Under the pieces are notes generated by a model, which saw nothing but the letters and a program-made list of their open reading frames with translations, was not told the DNA's origin and ran no database searches. This document shows positions 45,019 through 54,999 of a DNA stretch of 64,000 nucleotides, in pieces. Source of the stretch: a virus. Position 1 is the stretch's first letter; every line of letters begins with the position of its first letter. The stretch is taken from the IMG/VR virus record IMGVR_UViG_3300042507_004023. One strand, 5' to 3'. The position numbers and the translations under genes are program-made.

Positions 45019-47552
45019 AATTTTACACCCATGTTGCTGTTAGAGGTTCTCATATCCTTTATCGTGGATACGAGAACGGTAAGCGGATAGCCGAAAAGGT
45101 TCCGTTCATGCCTACTTTGTTTGTGCCTGCAAAAGGCAAGAAGACGGAGTGGCAAACTCTTGACGGCAAGTATGTTGAGCCTTTCAAGCCAGGTTCCATC
45201 CGCGATTCCAAGGATTTCATTAATGAATACAAGGGAGTGGCAGGCTTTGAAATATTCGGAAATACGGAATGGTTGTATCAATACATCGGAGAAGCGTTTC
45301 CTGATGAAGTGGAATACGACCCATCTAAACTAAAGGTGGCTTTTATTGATATTGAGACGGAATGCGAGGGAGGCTTTCCGTCCATCAAGACTGCAACCGA
45401 ACGAGTGAACGCTATCACTCTCAAGGTAGGCAACAAGGTATTGGTGTTTGGATTGGGTGAGTTTACGATTCCTGATGCGAAGTGTTTCCAATACGACGAT
45501 GAGAAGCACATGTTGCGAGACTTCCTTGCAGCATGGGAAGCAATGGATATAGACATTGTGACAGGATGGAATGTCAACTTCTTTGATATTCCGTATCTTG
45601 TGAATCGTATCACTCGCCTGTTTGACGAGAAGGAAGCCATGCGTCTTTCTCCTTGGCGAGAGATTCGTTCCCGCGAAGTGGAAGTAATGAACAAGAAGAA
45701 CGAGGTATATGACCTGCTAGGCATCGCTACCTTGGACTACTTTGACCTGTATCGTAAGTTCACTTATGTGACCCGAGAAACCTATAAACTCGACCATATT
45801 GTTTGGGTGGAGTTGGGCGAGCGCAAGAAACACTACGATGGGACTCTAGCAGAATTCTACAAGAATGATTTTCAACGATTCATGGAGTATAATCACCACG
45901 ATACTCTGCTTGTAGGAATGCTTGAGAACAAACTCAAATTGATGGAACTTGCTCTAGCACTTGCATATTCCGCCAAGGTGAATCTGAACGATGTGTTCTC
46001 GCAGGTTCGCACATGGGATGCCATCATCTACCATCACCTGACCAAGAAGCGAATTGCGATTCCCATGAAGGGAAATGCGGAAGACAAGGAAGATAAGTTT
46101 GAAGGTGCGTATGTGAAAGACCCTATCGTTGGAGCACACGATTGGGTTGTGAGTTTTGACTTGGACTCGCTGTATCCGCATCTCATCATGCAATACAATC
46201 TGTCGCCTGAAACCAAGACTAGTGCCGGAACTCGCAACAAGTTTAGTGTGAACGACTTCCTCGCGGGTGCGGGTGCGAGCGAAGGCGCGAGAGATTATCT
46301 TGATAACATGCGAGTCAAGAATCTTAGTGTAGCCGGTAACTGTGTAGCATTTCGTAAGGACATACAGGGATTCTTGCCGAAACTTATGGAAACCATGTAT
46401 GAGGAACGCAAGGCTTTCAAGAAGAAGATGTTGGAAGCCAAAGCCGCTCTAAAGAAACTTGTGAATCCTACACCTGAACAGGAAGCACAACTAAAACTTG
46501 ACATCACCAAGTATCATAACTTTCAGTTGGTTCGTAAGATTCAATTGAACTCGGCATTCGGTGCTTGCGGCAATCAATACTTCCGCTACTATGACCAAGA
46601 GATTGCCGAGGCTATCACCATTTCAGGACAGGTATCCATTCGTTGGATTGAGAACGGCTTGAATGGATTCTTGAACAAAACCCTGAAGACAGCAGGAGTC
46701 GATTATGTGATAGCATCAGATACCGATTCTGTATATCTACGATTAGGTTCGCTTGTAAAGCAAGTGATGCCCAACGAAACTGACCCACAAAAGATTACAA
46801 AGTTCTTGAACAAGTTCTGCAACGAGGTGTTGCAGCCGTTCATCGACAAGCAGTATGCTGCTCTTGCAGAACAACAGAATGCCTATGCTCAAAAGATGAG
46901 AATGAAGCGAGAAGGCATTGCATCTAAAGGAATTTGGACTGCCAAGAAGCGTTACATGTTGAGCATTTGGATGGGCGAAGATGATGTTCTTCTAAGCAAG
47001 CCTGAAACTAAAATCATGGGTCTTGAAACCGCGAAGAGCAGCACCCCTGAGATTGTTCGTGATGCTTTAAAGAAAGCCATCGGTATTATCATGGTGGGCA
47101 AAGAATCTGAATTGCGAGAATATGTTGCCGAGTTTAAGACTGACTTCTTTGCTCGTTCGGTGGAAGAAATTGCGTTCCCGCGTGGATGCAACGGATTGAA
47201 AGAGTATCGGGATGACACCACCATCTATCGCAAGTCTACTCCACTTCATGTTAAGGGAGCCTTATTGTATAACCATTGGCTTCGTGAAAAGGATTTAGGA
47301 AAGCGATATCCTAAAATTGGCGATGGTGAGAAAATTAAGTATGTTTATCTGCGAGTTCCCAATCCGATTCGTGACAAGGTTATTTCTTTTTCAGCCGGAA
47401 TTCCCAAGGAGTTTGGACTAGAGGCGAAATACATAGACTATGACACTCAATTTGAGAAGTCGTTCGAAGAACCTCTGAACGCAATCTTAAATGTAATCGG
47501 GTGGCAGATGCGAGAAGTTAGCAGTCTAGAAGGCTTGTTCACATGGACATGA
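45015..47552 (+). CDS. gp43: DNA polymerase, family B (T4 gp43-like)
   Basis: DIET; TGWN; DYFDLYRK; SFDLDSLYPHL; KIQLNSAFG; SDTDS; KKRY. Confidence 0.97.
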   Translation: MKFYTHVAVRGSHILYRGYENGKRIAEKVPFMPTLFVPAKGKKTEWQTLDGKYVEPFKPGSIRDSKDFINEYKGVAGFEIFGNTEWLYQYIGEAFPDEVEYDPSKLKVAFIDIETECEGGFPSIKTATERVNAITLKVGNKVLVFGLGEFTIPDAKCFQYDDEKHMLRDFLAAWEAMDIDIVTGWNVNFFDIPYLVNRITRLFDEKEAMRLSPWREIRSREVEVMNKKNEVYDLLGIATLDYFDLYRKFTYVTRETYKLDHIVWVELGERKKHYDGTLAEFYKNDFQRFMEYNHHDTLLVGMLENKLKLMELALALAYSAKVNLNDVFSQVRTWDAIIYHHLTKKRIAIPMKGNAEDKEDKFEGAYVKDPIVGAHDWVVSFDLDSLYPHLIMQYNLSPETKTSAGTRNKFSVNDFLAGAGASEGARDYLDNMRVKNLSVAGNCVAFRKDIQGFLPKLMETMYEERKAFKKKMLEAKAALKKLVNPTPEQEAQLKLDITKYHNFQLVRKIQLNSAFGACGNQYFRYYDQEIAEAITISGQVSIRWIENGLNGFLNKTLKTAGVDYVIASDTDSVYLRLGSLVKQVMPNETDPQKITKFLNKFCNEVLQPFIDKQYAALAEQQNAYAQKMRMKREGIASKGIWTAKKRYMLSIWMGEDDVLLSKPETKIMGLETAKSSTPEIVRDALKKAIGIIMVGKESELREYVAEFKTDFFARSVEEIAFPRGCNGLKEYRDDTTIYRKSTPLHVKGALLYNHWLREKDLGKRYPKIGDGEKIKYVYLRVPNPIRDKVISFSAGIPKEFGLEAKYIDYDTQFEKSFEEPLNAILNVIGWQMREVSSLEGLFTWT

Positions 47553-47716
47553 ATGGAATAATTTTTATAACTAGTTTATGCTTTACAATATTAGTGGTTT
47601 TTCACATAATAACCGAACACATTAAAGATAAACGATACCATGAACATGAACTACGAGAAAAACGGAAAAGAGTGAGGGACGCTCTTAAAAGACTTGACTG
47701 GAAACAAAAAGTGTGA
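47549..47716 (+). CDS. small membrane protein
   Basis: Translated by eye: MNGIIFITSLCFTILVVFHII...; ATGA overlap with the gp43 stop. Confidence 0.5.
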   Translation: MNGIIFITSLCFTILVVFHIITEHIKDKRYHEHELREKRKRVRDALKRLDWKQKV

Positions 47717-47722
47717 TACACT
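47694..47722 (+). promoter_or_regulatory. sigma70-type promoter of uvsX
   Basis: TTGACT, 17 nt, TG-n-TACACT (extended -10). Confidence 0.65.
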
Positions 47723-47742
47723 AATACAATGGAGAATACACA

Positions 47743-48810
47743 ATGAGTGACTTTTTAAAGAGTATGATTCGTGCGTCAGGTAATGAGTTTGCTTCGCTAG
47801 CCGAAGATGGAGTTGAAGGAGATATCACGGGCTTTGTGGATACTGGCTCGTATTCTTTCAACGCTCTTCTGTCAGGCTCGTTGACTGGCGGTATTGCCAA
47901 CAATAAGATTCTAGGTATTGCAGGCGAGTCTGCCACAGGCAAGACCTATTTTGCTTTGGGTATCGCCGCACAGTTCTTGAACGATAATCCCGAAGGAGCG
48001 ATTCTTTACTTTGACTCCGAGCAGGCTGTCACTAGCGACATGATTAAGTCACGCGGACTTGACCCGAATCGCGTTGCCGTATTCCCTGTGGCAACCGTGG
48101 AGCAATTCCGTCATCAGTTGCTGCAAATTATTGATAACTACGGCAAGTTGGATGAGAAGAAGCGTAAGCCGTTCTTTGTGGTGTTGGATTCGCTAGGCAT
48201 GTTGAGCACCAGCAAGGAAACCAACGACACGCTTGAAGGCAAGGAAGTGCGAGACATGACCCGTGCTCAGGTTATCAAGGGTGCGTTCCGTGTGCTTACT
48301 TTGAAGTTGGGTCTGCATAACATTCCTATGATTGTTACGAATCACACCTACGAGGTAGTTGGTGCGTATGTGCCAACCAAGGAGATGGGTGGTGGCACAG
48401 GACTAAAGTATGCGGCTTCAACCATCGTTTATCTTTCCAAGAAGAAGCACAAGGTGGATGACGAAGTGGTTGGCAATATTGTTCATTGCAAACTCTACTA
48501 GGGTCGTCTTACCCGAGAGAATAAGATGATTGATGTTCTTCTAACCTTTGATAAGGGACTTGACCGATACTACGGTTTGGTTGACCTTGCTCTGAAGCAG
48601 GGAGTGTTCAAGAAGGTTTCCACCAAGATTGAATTGCCAAACGGCACAACCGCCTTCGAAAGCCAGATTGTGAAGAATCCAACCAAGTATTTCACCGAAG
48701 AAGTGATGAAGGCTTTGGAAACAGCAGCAGCCAAGGAGTTCAAGTATGGCTCCGACCAGGAAGGAGCAAACACCAATGAACCCTCGGAAACCGTTGAAGC
48801 GGAAGGATGA
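47743..48810 (+). CDS. uvsX: UvsX/RecA-like recombinase with one in-frame TAG at 48499-48501
   Basis: DTGSY; GESATGKT; FDSE; LDSLG; TNHTY; [12 protein letters not shown]; the frame continues through TAG as [14 protein letters not shown]...GLDRYYGL. Confidence 0.92.
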
Positions 48811-49075
48811 GATAATCGTCTATCCTGAGTTTGAAGCCGCGTTCTTAGGCAACCTGCGTAAGTTTGGTCAGACCATGCCTGTGGCTGTTTATGACTACGA
48901 GAAGTGCTTGGACATTTTGGTGGCGCAGGGTATGGATGTGGTTGATGCCTACGAGTGGTTAGAGGTTAACACTCTAGGCGGCTATCTTGGTGAAGGAACT
49001 CCTGTGCTCGTTAACCGCTGCACTATAGAGGAATTCCACGAGGAGGCAGAACTACATGGCGAAACTTCTGATTAA
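48776..49075 (+). CDS. hypothetical phage protein (FEAAFLG...AVYDYEKC...EW.EVN..G.Y.GE.TP type)
   Basis: ORF track 48746-49075; probable ATG 48776. Confidence 0.7.
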   Translation: MNPRKPLKRKDEIIVYPEFEAAFLGNLRKFGQTMPVAVYDYEKCLDILVAQGMDVVDAYEWLEVNTLGGYLGEGTPVLVNRCTIEEFHEEAELHGETSD

Positions 49076-49745
49076 GTTACCAAGCAGATCGCGTCCGGCT
49101 AAGTTCATGGAGGTATTCAATCTCTATAAGAATATGGCATCCGGCAAGCACGATGTTCGGTTTTTGTGTTCGTTTGATCTTGATGATGCCACTATGAATA
49201 ATCCTGGTATTCGTAACTGGATTGCCAAGCAAGGCGATTCCGTTAAGGCGTTTTGGGGCAATTCAAAAACCAAGATACAAGCCATCAATGCCGACTTGGA
49301 ACACGCAGGAGATTACGATGTTCTCCTGCTAGCATCAGATGATATGATCCCTCAGATGCAAGGCTACGATGATATTATCATGCAGGATATGCAGACCTAC
49401 TATCCTGATGGTGATGGTGTTCTGCACTACAACGATGGTAAGCAGGGAGAACGATTGAATACTTTGTGCATCATGGGCAAGAAGTATTTTGATCGTTTTG
49501 GTTACATCTACAATCCTGAATACATTAGTGTTTATCCTGATAATGAATTTACTGATGTCAGCAGGATTCTAGGAAAAGCCACCTACATCGACAAGGTTAT
49601 CATTCGTCACTTTTGGATAGAGATTGGTGTTGACGCTCTATACATGCGTAACGAGAATCGTGAACTCTACGCTCGTGATGGAGCCTTGTATCAAAAGAGA
49701 AAGGAAGCAAACTTCGGTTTGTCACAACATGCCAACGCCTCCTAA
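49056..49745 (+). CDS. glycosyltransferase (GT-A fold)
   Basis: KLPSRSRP; KIQAIN; ASDDM; YNPEY...YPDNEFT. Confidence 0.8.
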   Translation: MAKLLIKLPSRSRPAKFMEVFNLYKNMASGKHDVRFLCSFDLDDATMNNPGIRNWIAKQGDSVKAFWGNSKTKIQAINADLEHAGDYDVLLLASDDMIPQMQGYDDIIMQDMQTYYPDGDGVLHYNDGKQGERLNTLCIMGKKYFDRFGYIYNPEYISVYPDNEFTDVSRILGKATYIDKVIIRHFWIEIGVDALYMRNENRELYARDGALYQKRKEANFGLSQHANAS

Positions 49746-50343
49746 TGAAATCTTACTAAGTGTTCTGATTCTTTCTATTCCCTCTCGTCTTGAGAAGTGT
49801 CTGATTCCAACTTACAATCGTTTGTTGGAGCAGATTGGAAATGAGACCTGCGTTGAGGTTCTAACTCTTGTAGACAACAAGAGCATGAGCATTGGCGAAA
49901 AGCGTCAGGCTTTAATTCAATCTGCTAGAGGTAAGTGGATAGCATTTTTGGATGATGATGACGCGGTATCCGAAGATTATATTGCAACCTTGATTGAAAC
50001 CTTGAAGAATAAGCCTGCCGATGTGATTAGTTTTGAACAGCATTGCTCGGTAAATGGCAGAGAGTTCAAGGTTGATTTCCGTATGGGTAATCCTCACGAA
50101 GGACTTAAGCAGAATCCTGATGGAAGTCTAGGCGATATTAAGCGTCCTCCGTATCACATGTGCGTGTGGGCAACCAAGATCGCAAAGAATATTCCATTCC
50201 GTGCCGTTTCATACGGAGAAGATATTGATTGGTGTATGCGAATGTATCCGTTTGTGACAAGTGAAACTCACCTAGATAAAGTGCTTCACTACTATCAATA
50301 TGATGACAGAACATCGGAAAGTATACAATATGCAAAGCGATAA
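49729..50343 (+). CDS. glycosyltransferase family 2
   Basis: LSVLILSIPSR; SIGEKRQ; AFLDDDD; YGED. Confidence 0.85.
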   Translation: MPTPPNEILLSVLILSIPSRLEKCLIPTYNRLLEQIGNETCVEVLTLVDNKSMSIGEKRQALIQSARGKWIAFLDDDDAVSEDYIATLIETLKNKPADVISFEQHCSVNGREFKVDFRMGNPHEGLKQNPDGSLGDIKRPPYHMCVWATKIAKNIPFRAVSYGEDIDWCMRMYPFVTSETHLDKVLHYYQYDDRTSESIQYAKR

Positions 50344-51055
50344 GAAGCATCTTCTTTTAAAGTATCCAACTCGTCAGCGTCCATCCAAGTTCATGGCGAA
50401 CTTGAATTCTTACCTTGAGAAATTGTCAGGTAAGCATCAGATAACTTTAGTTGTAAGTATGGACACCGACGACATACTGTGCAACAACGGCGGTATTCAA
50501 AGATTCCTAGACATCAAGAGAAGCGATACGGTTAATGTAATCTACTCTTATGGTGAAAGTAAGGGTAAGATTGCTGCCATCAATCGTGACATCCCGAACA
50601 CTCCTTGGGATATTCTTGTAGCCACAGCGGATGATATGGAACCAATGGAAGACCATTGGGATGATATTATCGTTCAGGATATGTTCCGCGAATTCCCCGA
50701 TCTTTACGGGGCAATCAATTACAATACTGATCCTAGACTAGAAACTAAGATTGACGGCAGACCCGAGGGATGGAAGGGCTTGATTACTCTTCCTGTAATT
50801 GGTAGAAAACTCTACGATAAGTTTGGTTACATCTATCATCCTGATTACATTTCAGAGTCATGTGATGATGAACAAACTATTGTTTACACGCAGTTGGGTG
50901 TTCTAAAGCACATTGACAGAAGACCAATTTTCCACAATTTTAAGCCTTGGCATGATGAGTTGATGATTCGTAACATGCAAATTGGGCAGACCGTTGATAG
51001 AAAAAAGTTTTTGGAAAGAAAAGAAAAGAATTTTGACCTAGAGGTGGCAGTATGA
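50330..51055 (+). CDS. glycosyltransferase (GT-A fold), paralogue of 49056-49745
   Basis: KYPTRQRP; KIAAIN; ATADDM; YHPDY..ESCDDE. Confidence 0.8.
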   Translation: MQSDKKHLLLKYPTRQRPSKFMANLNSYLEKLSGKHQITLVVSMDTDDILCNNGGIQRFLDIKRSDTVNVIYSYGESKGKIAAINRDIPNTPWDILVATADDMEPMEDHWDDIIVQDMFREFPDLYGAINYNTDPRLETKIDGRPEGWKGLITLPVIGRKLYDKFGYIYHPDYISESCDDEQTIVYTQLGVLKHIDRRPIFHNFKPWHDELMIRNMQIGQTVDRKKFLERKEKNFDLEVAV

Positions 51056-51669
51056 ACTTTTATTCGCAGCAGAGTGAAGATGTTATACTTTGGAAAAAGT
51101 ATTTGAATTATAAGAACGGATTCTTTATTGAACTTGGTGCTATGGACGGAATCAAATATTCCAACACAAAGTTTTTTGAAGATAGTTTGGGTTGGAGAGG
51201 AATACTGATTGAACCTGAAAAGAATCAGTTTCAACGGTTAAGGAGGAATAGACCAAATTGCATCCTTTCCGATTATGCTATTTCGGAAACAGATGGAGAA
51301 GTGGTGTTCAATACTAGAAACGGTGGAGATTCTGGCGGAGGTATTGTTGATACTCACATAGATGAAACTATCCGTGAAGAAGATAATGTTAAACTGATAA
51401 GCAAACCGTTTACAACCTTGCTGAAAGAAGTAGGAAAGCCTGAACGAGTTGATTTGTTTGTGATTGATGTTGAAGGTGGCGAATTAGGAATTCTTAAAAC
51501 TTTTGATTGGTCTATTCCCGTTTATATCATTTGTATTGAAACTCACCCCTCAAACAAGCACTACGAAGAGTGCAAGCAGATTCTAGTAGAAAATGGATTT
51601 GAGTTTGATATGACGGTAGGGATAAACGAAGTTTGGATTAATAAAAACAACAAAAGAGCGGAAGCATGA
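51052..51669 (+). CDS. FkbM-family methyltransferase
   Basis: YSQQSED; FIELGAMDG..YSNT; IEP; IDVEGGE. Confidence 0.9.
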   Translation: MNFYSQQSEDVILWKKYLNYKNGFFIELGAMDGIKYSNTKFFEDSLGWRGILIEPEKNQFQRLRRNRPNCILSDYAISETDGEVVFNTRNGGDSGGGIVDTHIDETIREEDNVKLISKPFTTLLKEVGKPERVDLFVIDVEGGELGILKTFDWSIPVYIICIETHPSNKHYEECKQILVENGFEFDMTVGINEVWINKNNKRAEA

Positions 51670-52325
51670 ATTCTGTTAAACTTAGTATTTGCATTCCTAG
51701 CATTCCTAACAGAATGCGAATGTATCTACAACCTTTATATTCCAAGTTGCTTACTCAGATTGGAGATGCCAAAGATGTGGAAGTTCTGTCTCTAATGGAC
51801 AACAAGATGATGTCTATCGGCAGAAAGAAGTCTCTTCTATTGAGCATGGCAACGGGAAGATATGTGTGCATCATAGACGATGATGACACCGTAGCGGATG
51901 ATTATATTGCAACTTTACGAGAAAAGATTACCGACGATCTAGATGTAGATGTGATTTGCTATAATCAAGAAGCCACAATTCAAGGCAAGACATGGTTGGT
52001 TAAAACAAGTCTGACCCACAATCAAGTTCATCCTTTTGACCAGTTGGCTGTAGATCAAAACGGCAATACAATTCCTTGTAAGCGACCACCGTGGCAATGG
52101 TGTTTATGGAAGCGAGAGATTGCTCAGGCGGTAGCCTTTGGCGATTCTAATTGGGCAGAAGATGCAGCATTTACTCTTGACGCTTGCAAAAAGGCAAAGA
52201 CAGAACTTGTTATTGATAAAGTTATGTGTTACTATAGTTGGTCTCCAACAGTAACTGAAACACAAAGACCGCAGAATCCCGTATCTGTGGAAAACATGGA
52301 AAGAGTGAGGATTAACAATGGCTGA
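51666..52325 (+). CDS. glycosyltransferase family 2, paralogue of 49729-50343
   Basis: LSICIPSIPNR; SIGRKK; IIDDDD; WAED. Confidence 0.85.
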   Translation: MNSVKLSICIPSIPNRMRMYLQPLYSKLLTQIGDAKDVEVLSLMDNKMMSIGRKKSLLLSMATGRYVCIIDDDDTVADDYIATLREKITDDLDVDVICYNQEATIQGKTWLVKTSLTHNQVHPFDQLAVDQNGNTIPCKRPPWQWCLWKREIAQAVAFGDSNWAEDAAFTLDACKKAKTELVIDKVMCYYSWSPTVTETQRPQNPVSVENMERVRINNG

Positions 52326-53277
52326 AAATGGTGTGATTATTTACATGTCCCGAATGCGGGATGTTCCTCTTTTGTATCGCAGTCTTAGTATGCTTGGATG
52401 GAATTTCAAGCATATCAGAGAATATCCTATTGTGATTTTTCACGATGATATTGATAAGGGAACCATTTCCAATCTTATGGTATCTCTACATCAGAACTTG
52501 GGATTCATTCCAAATCTGAAGTTTGAGCGTTTGGATTTTGTAATGCCTGAATGGGTTTCAGAAGATCCAGCAAAGTATACTGTTCCTTTGGATCAGGCTT
52601 GGATGGGATATCGCCACATGTGCCGTTATCATTCGGGTGGTATTTACCGCGATCCTCGTCTTCTACAATACGATTATTATTGGAGATTAGATTCCGATTC
52701 TTACATCTATTCACCGATCAATTACGATCCGTTTGAATACATGGCAAAGAATGATAAAGAATATGCTTTCATGGCAACCGAAGACGGAGAAGTTCCAAGC
52801 GTTGTTGAAGGACTTTGGGATGAAACTGAGCGGTTTATGAAGACTCACAATATTCCTATGACTAAAGACCTTGAAGACAGCATGGTTGACGGAAAGTGGA
52901 GTTGTCGGTTGTTCTATACAAACTTTGAAATTGCCAAGTTCTCGTTCTTCAGAAGCGAAAAGTATATGGCATACTTTGACCAGTTAGATCAGACAGGCAA
53001 CATCTTCTATAAGAGATGGGGCGATGCTCCAATCCATTGGCTAGGTGTAAAGATGTTGTTAGACCCAAGCAAGGTTTGGGCGGTTAACGATATCACCTAT
53101 CAGCACAATGCTTGGATACGCAACATGAGTGCTTTGCCCAACAAGGAAATCCCCGAGAAGATTATGAACTTGGTTGATGGAAATCTTCAACATCGTTACA
53201 GCCGTCTAGAAAGAATCACTTTTGGTTTGAATAGATATAGAGCAGGCGGTCCTGATTGGTTGAATTGGGGCGAGTGA
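52318..53277 (+). CDS. GT15 (Kre2/Mnt1-like) alpha-1,2-mannosyltransferase
   Basis: GYRHMCRY; YDYYWRLDSD; FYTNFEI; RWGDAPIH. Confidence 0.85.
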   Translation: MAENGVIIYMSRMRDVPLLYRSLSMLGWNFKHIREYPIVIFHDDIDKGTISNLMVSLHQNLGFIPNLKFERLDFVMPEWVSEDPAKYTVPLDQAWMGYRHMCRYHSGGIYRDPRLLQYDYYWRLDSDSYIYSPINYDPFEYMAKNDKEYAFMATEDGEVPSVVEGLWDETERFMKTHNIPMTKDLEDSMVDGKWSCRLFYTNFEIAKFSFFRSEKYMAYFDQLDQTGNIFYKRWGDAPIHWLGVKMLLDPSKVWAVNDITYQHNAWIRNMSALPNKEIPEKIMNLVDGNLQHRYSRLERITFGLNRYRAGGPDWLNWGE

Positions 53278-53292
53278 GAAAGGATTTATATT

Positions 53293-54186
53293 ATGGAAAA
53301 CGCTGCAATTGTATACATGACCCGAAAGAACGATCTGTGGATTTTTAAGCACAGCATCAATTTCTTGTATTCTAATTTCAACAAGGATGCAAACTACCCT
53401 GTAGTTGTTTTCTATGATGATTTGAGCAAGGCAGATATAGCAAATCTGCTAACAGAGTTTAGTCTTTCCTTTGGGTTCCTACCAAACATAAAGTTTGAAA
53501 AGTTGGAATTCTCTCTGCCTGAAGGAATATCTGAAGATCCGGCTCTCTATACTCTTCCTCTCACTCAATTCCGAATGGGATATCGTCATATGTGTCGTTT
53601 CTATGGCGGTCAAATCTTTAATCATCCCGCTTTGGCAAAGTATAAGTGGTATATGAGATTGGATTCTGATTCGTTTATCATGTCCAAAATCACCCGTGAT
53701 CCATTTGAGGTCATGCGAGTTAATGGATATCAATACGCTTTCATGGAACGAGAAGAATACGATGCTCCTTGGGCTTGCGAAGGCTTGTGGGATAGCACAA
53801 AGAAGTTTATTGAAGCAAACAAATCCACAGTTCTAAATTCAGAATTTGAATGGAACATGGAAGTCTACAATACTAATTTTGAAATTGTAGACATGGATTT
53901 CTTCCGTGACAACAACTATCAAAACTATTTCAATCATATTGAAGAAACGGGCAACATCTTCTATAAGCGTTGGGGAGATCATTGCATTCGTTGGTTGGGC
54001 ATCAAGATGTTTATGAATCCCGAAAGAGTTTGGTGTCTACGCGATTTCTGCTATCAGCATGGCGGAGATATTAAGAATATAGAACTCGTTGATATGGATT
54101 GTGTTGCTCGTGAACCTGAACCGTTTAAGGGAGGAATGGTTAAGGCTTTAGAGCAAAGAGTTCAGGGTCTTGCAGTTAATGGATAA
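53293..54186 (+). CDS. GT15 (Kre2/Mnt1-like) alpha-1,2-mannosyltransferase, second copy
   Basis: GYRHMCRF; YKWYMRLDSD; YNTNFEI; RWGDHCIR. Confidence 0.85.
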   Translation: MENAAIVYMTRKNDLWIFKHSINFLYSNFNKDANYPVVVFYDDLSKADIANLLTEFSLSFGFLPNIKFEKLEFSLPEGISEDPALYTLPLTQFRMGYRHMCRFYGGQIFNHPALAKYKWYMRLDSDSFIMSKITRDPFEVMRVNGYQYAFMEREEYDAPWACEGLWDSTKKFIEANKSTVLNSEFEWNMEVYNTNFEIVDMDFFRDNNYQNYFNHIEETGNIFYKRWGDHCIRWLGIKMFMNPERVWCLRDFCYQHGGDIKNIELVDMDCVAREPEPFKGGMVKALEQRVQGLAVNG

Positions 54187-54189
54187 TCC

Positions 54190-54999
54190 ATGAATCTTGT
54201 ATTAGGCAGCACATCTCAACTGTCTCGTTATTTTCCTGATAACTACGCAAAGGTTTCAGCAAGAGAATTGGATTTAGATGCTCTAACCAAAACTAGGTGG
54301 GATGCAGTATACATTTGTTTTGCCGAGCAAAGAACTTATCTAGCAAATGCCATAGACGAGAATACTCGTAATATGTTTTGGAATACTAATGTAGATAAGA
54401 CTCTACAAATTATAGAGAGACTGCAAGAAGTAACAGATAAGATTGTGTATTACTCTACAGCGGAACTGTGGAACAACACATCAGGCCCTGTGAAGATTAC
54501 AGACCCTGTTTCTTTTCACAAGAACAATTACACCGAGTCAAAGTGGCATATAACGCAAATTCTCAGAGACAAGGAAAAGTATCCTAAAGTTTCCATTCTC
54601 TATCCTTTCAACTTCAACAGCATTCACCGAGGCGATCAATACTTGTTTGGTAAGATTTTTAAATCCATCGTAAACAAGCAGCCCGTCACCATAGGGGATG
54701 TTCAGTATTACCGAGAACTGTTGCATCCTCAAATGGTGGTTGATGCTAGCATAAACGCTACAGCAGGGGTGGATGAGATTGTTGGTTCGGGTAGAGTGGT
54801 TTATGTGAAAGATTTCATAGAATTACTTTACATGTATTCTGGATTGAGTTATAATGATATGGTTACAGAAGATAATACCAGAGAGTCAATCTATCGGAAA
54901 AACATTTTCTACTCTGCTGTGCGAAACGAACAGTATGATGTTGATCGTTTGATTGATCTTACCATAAGCGAATTAACAAACCCGGCGGTGACACAATGA
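54190..54999 (+). CDS. NAD-dependent epimerase/dehydratase-like protein (atypical SDR)
   Basis: LVLGSTSQL; YYST; YTESK; YPFN; RELLH. Confidence 0.7.
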   Translation: MNLVLGSTSQLSRYFPDNYAKVSARELDLDALTKTRWDAVYICFAEQRTYLANAIDENTRNMFWNTNVDKTLQIIERLQEVTDKIVYYSTAELWNNTSGPVKITDPVSFHKNNYTESKWHITQILRDKEKYPKVSILYPFNFNSIHRGDQYLFGKIFKSIVNKQPVTIGDVQYYRELLHPQMVVDASINATAGVDEIVGSGRVVYVKDFIELLYMYSGLSYNDMVTEDNTRESIYRKNIFYSAVRNEQYDVDRLIDLTISELTNPAVTQ

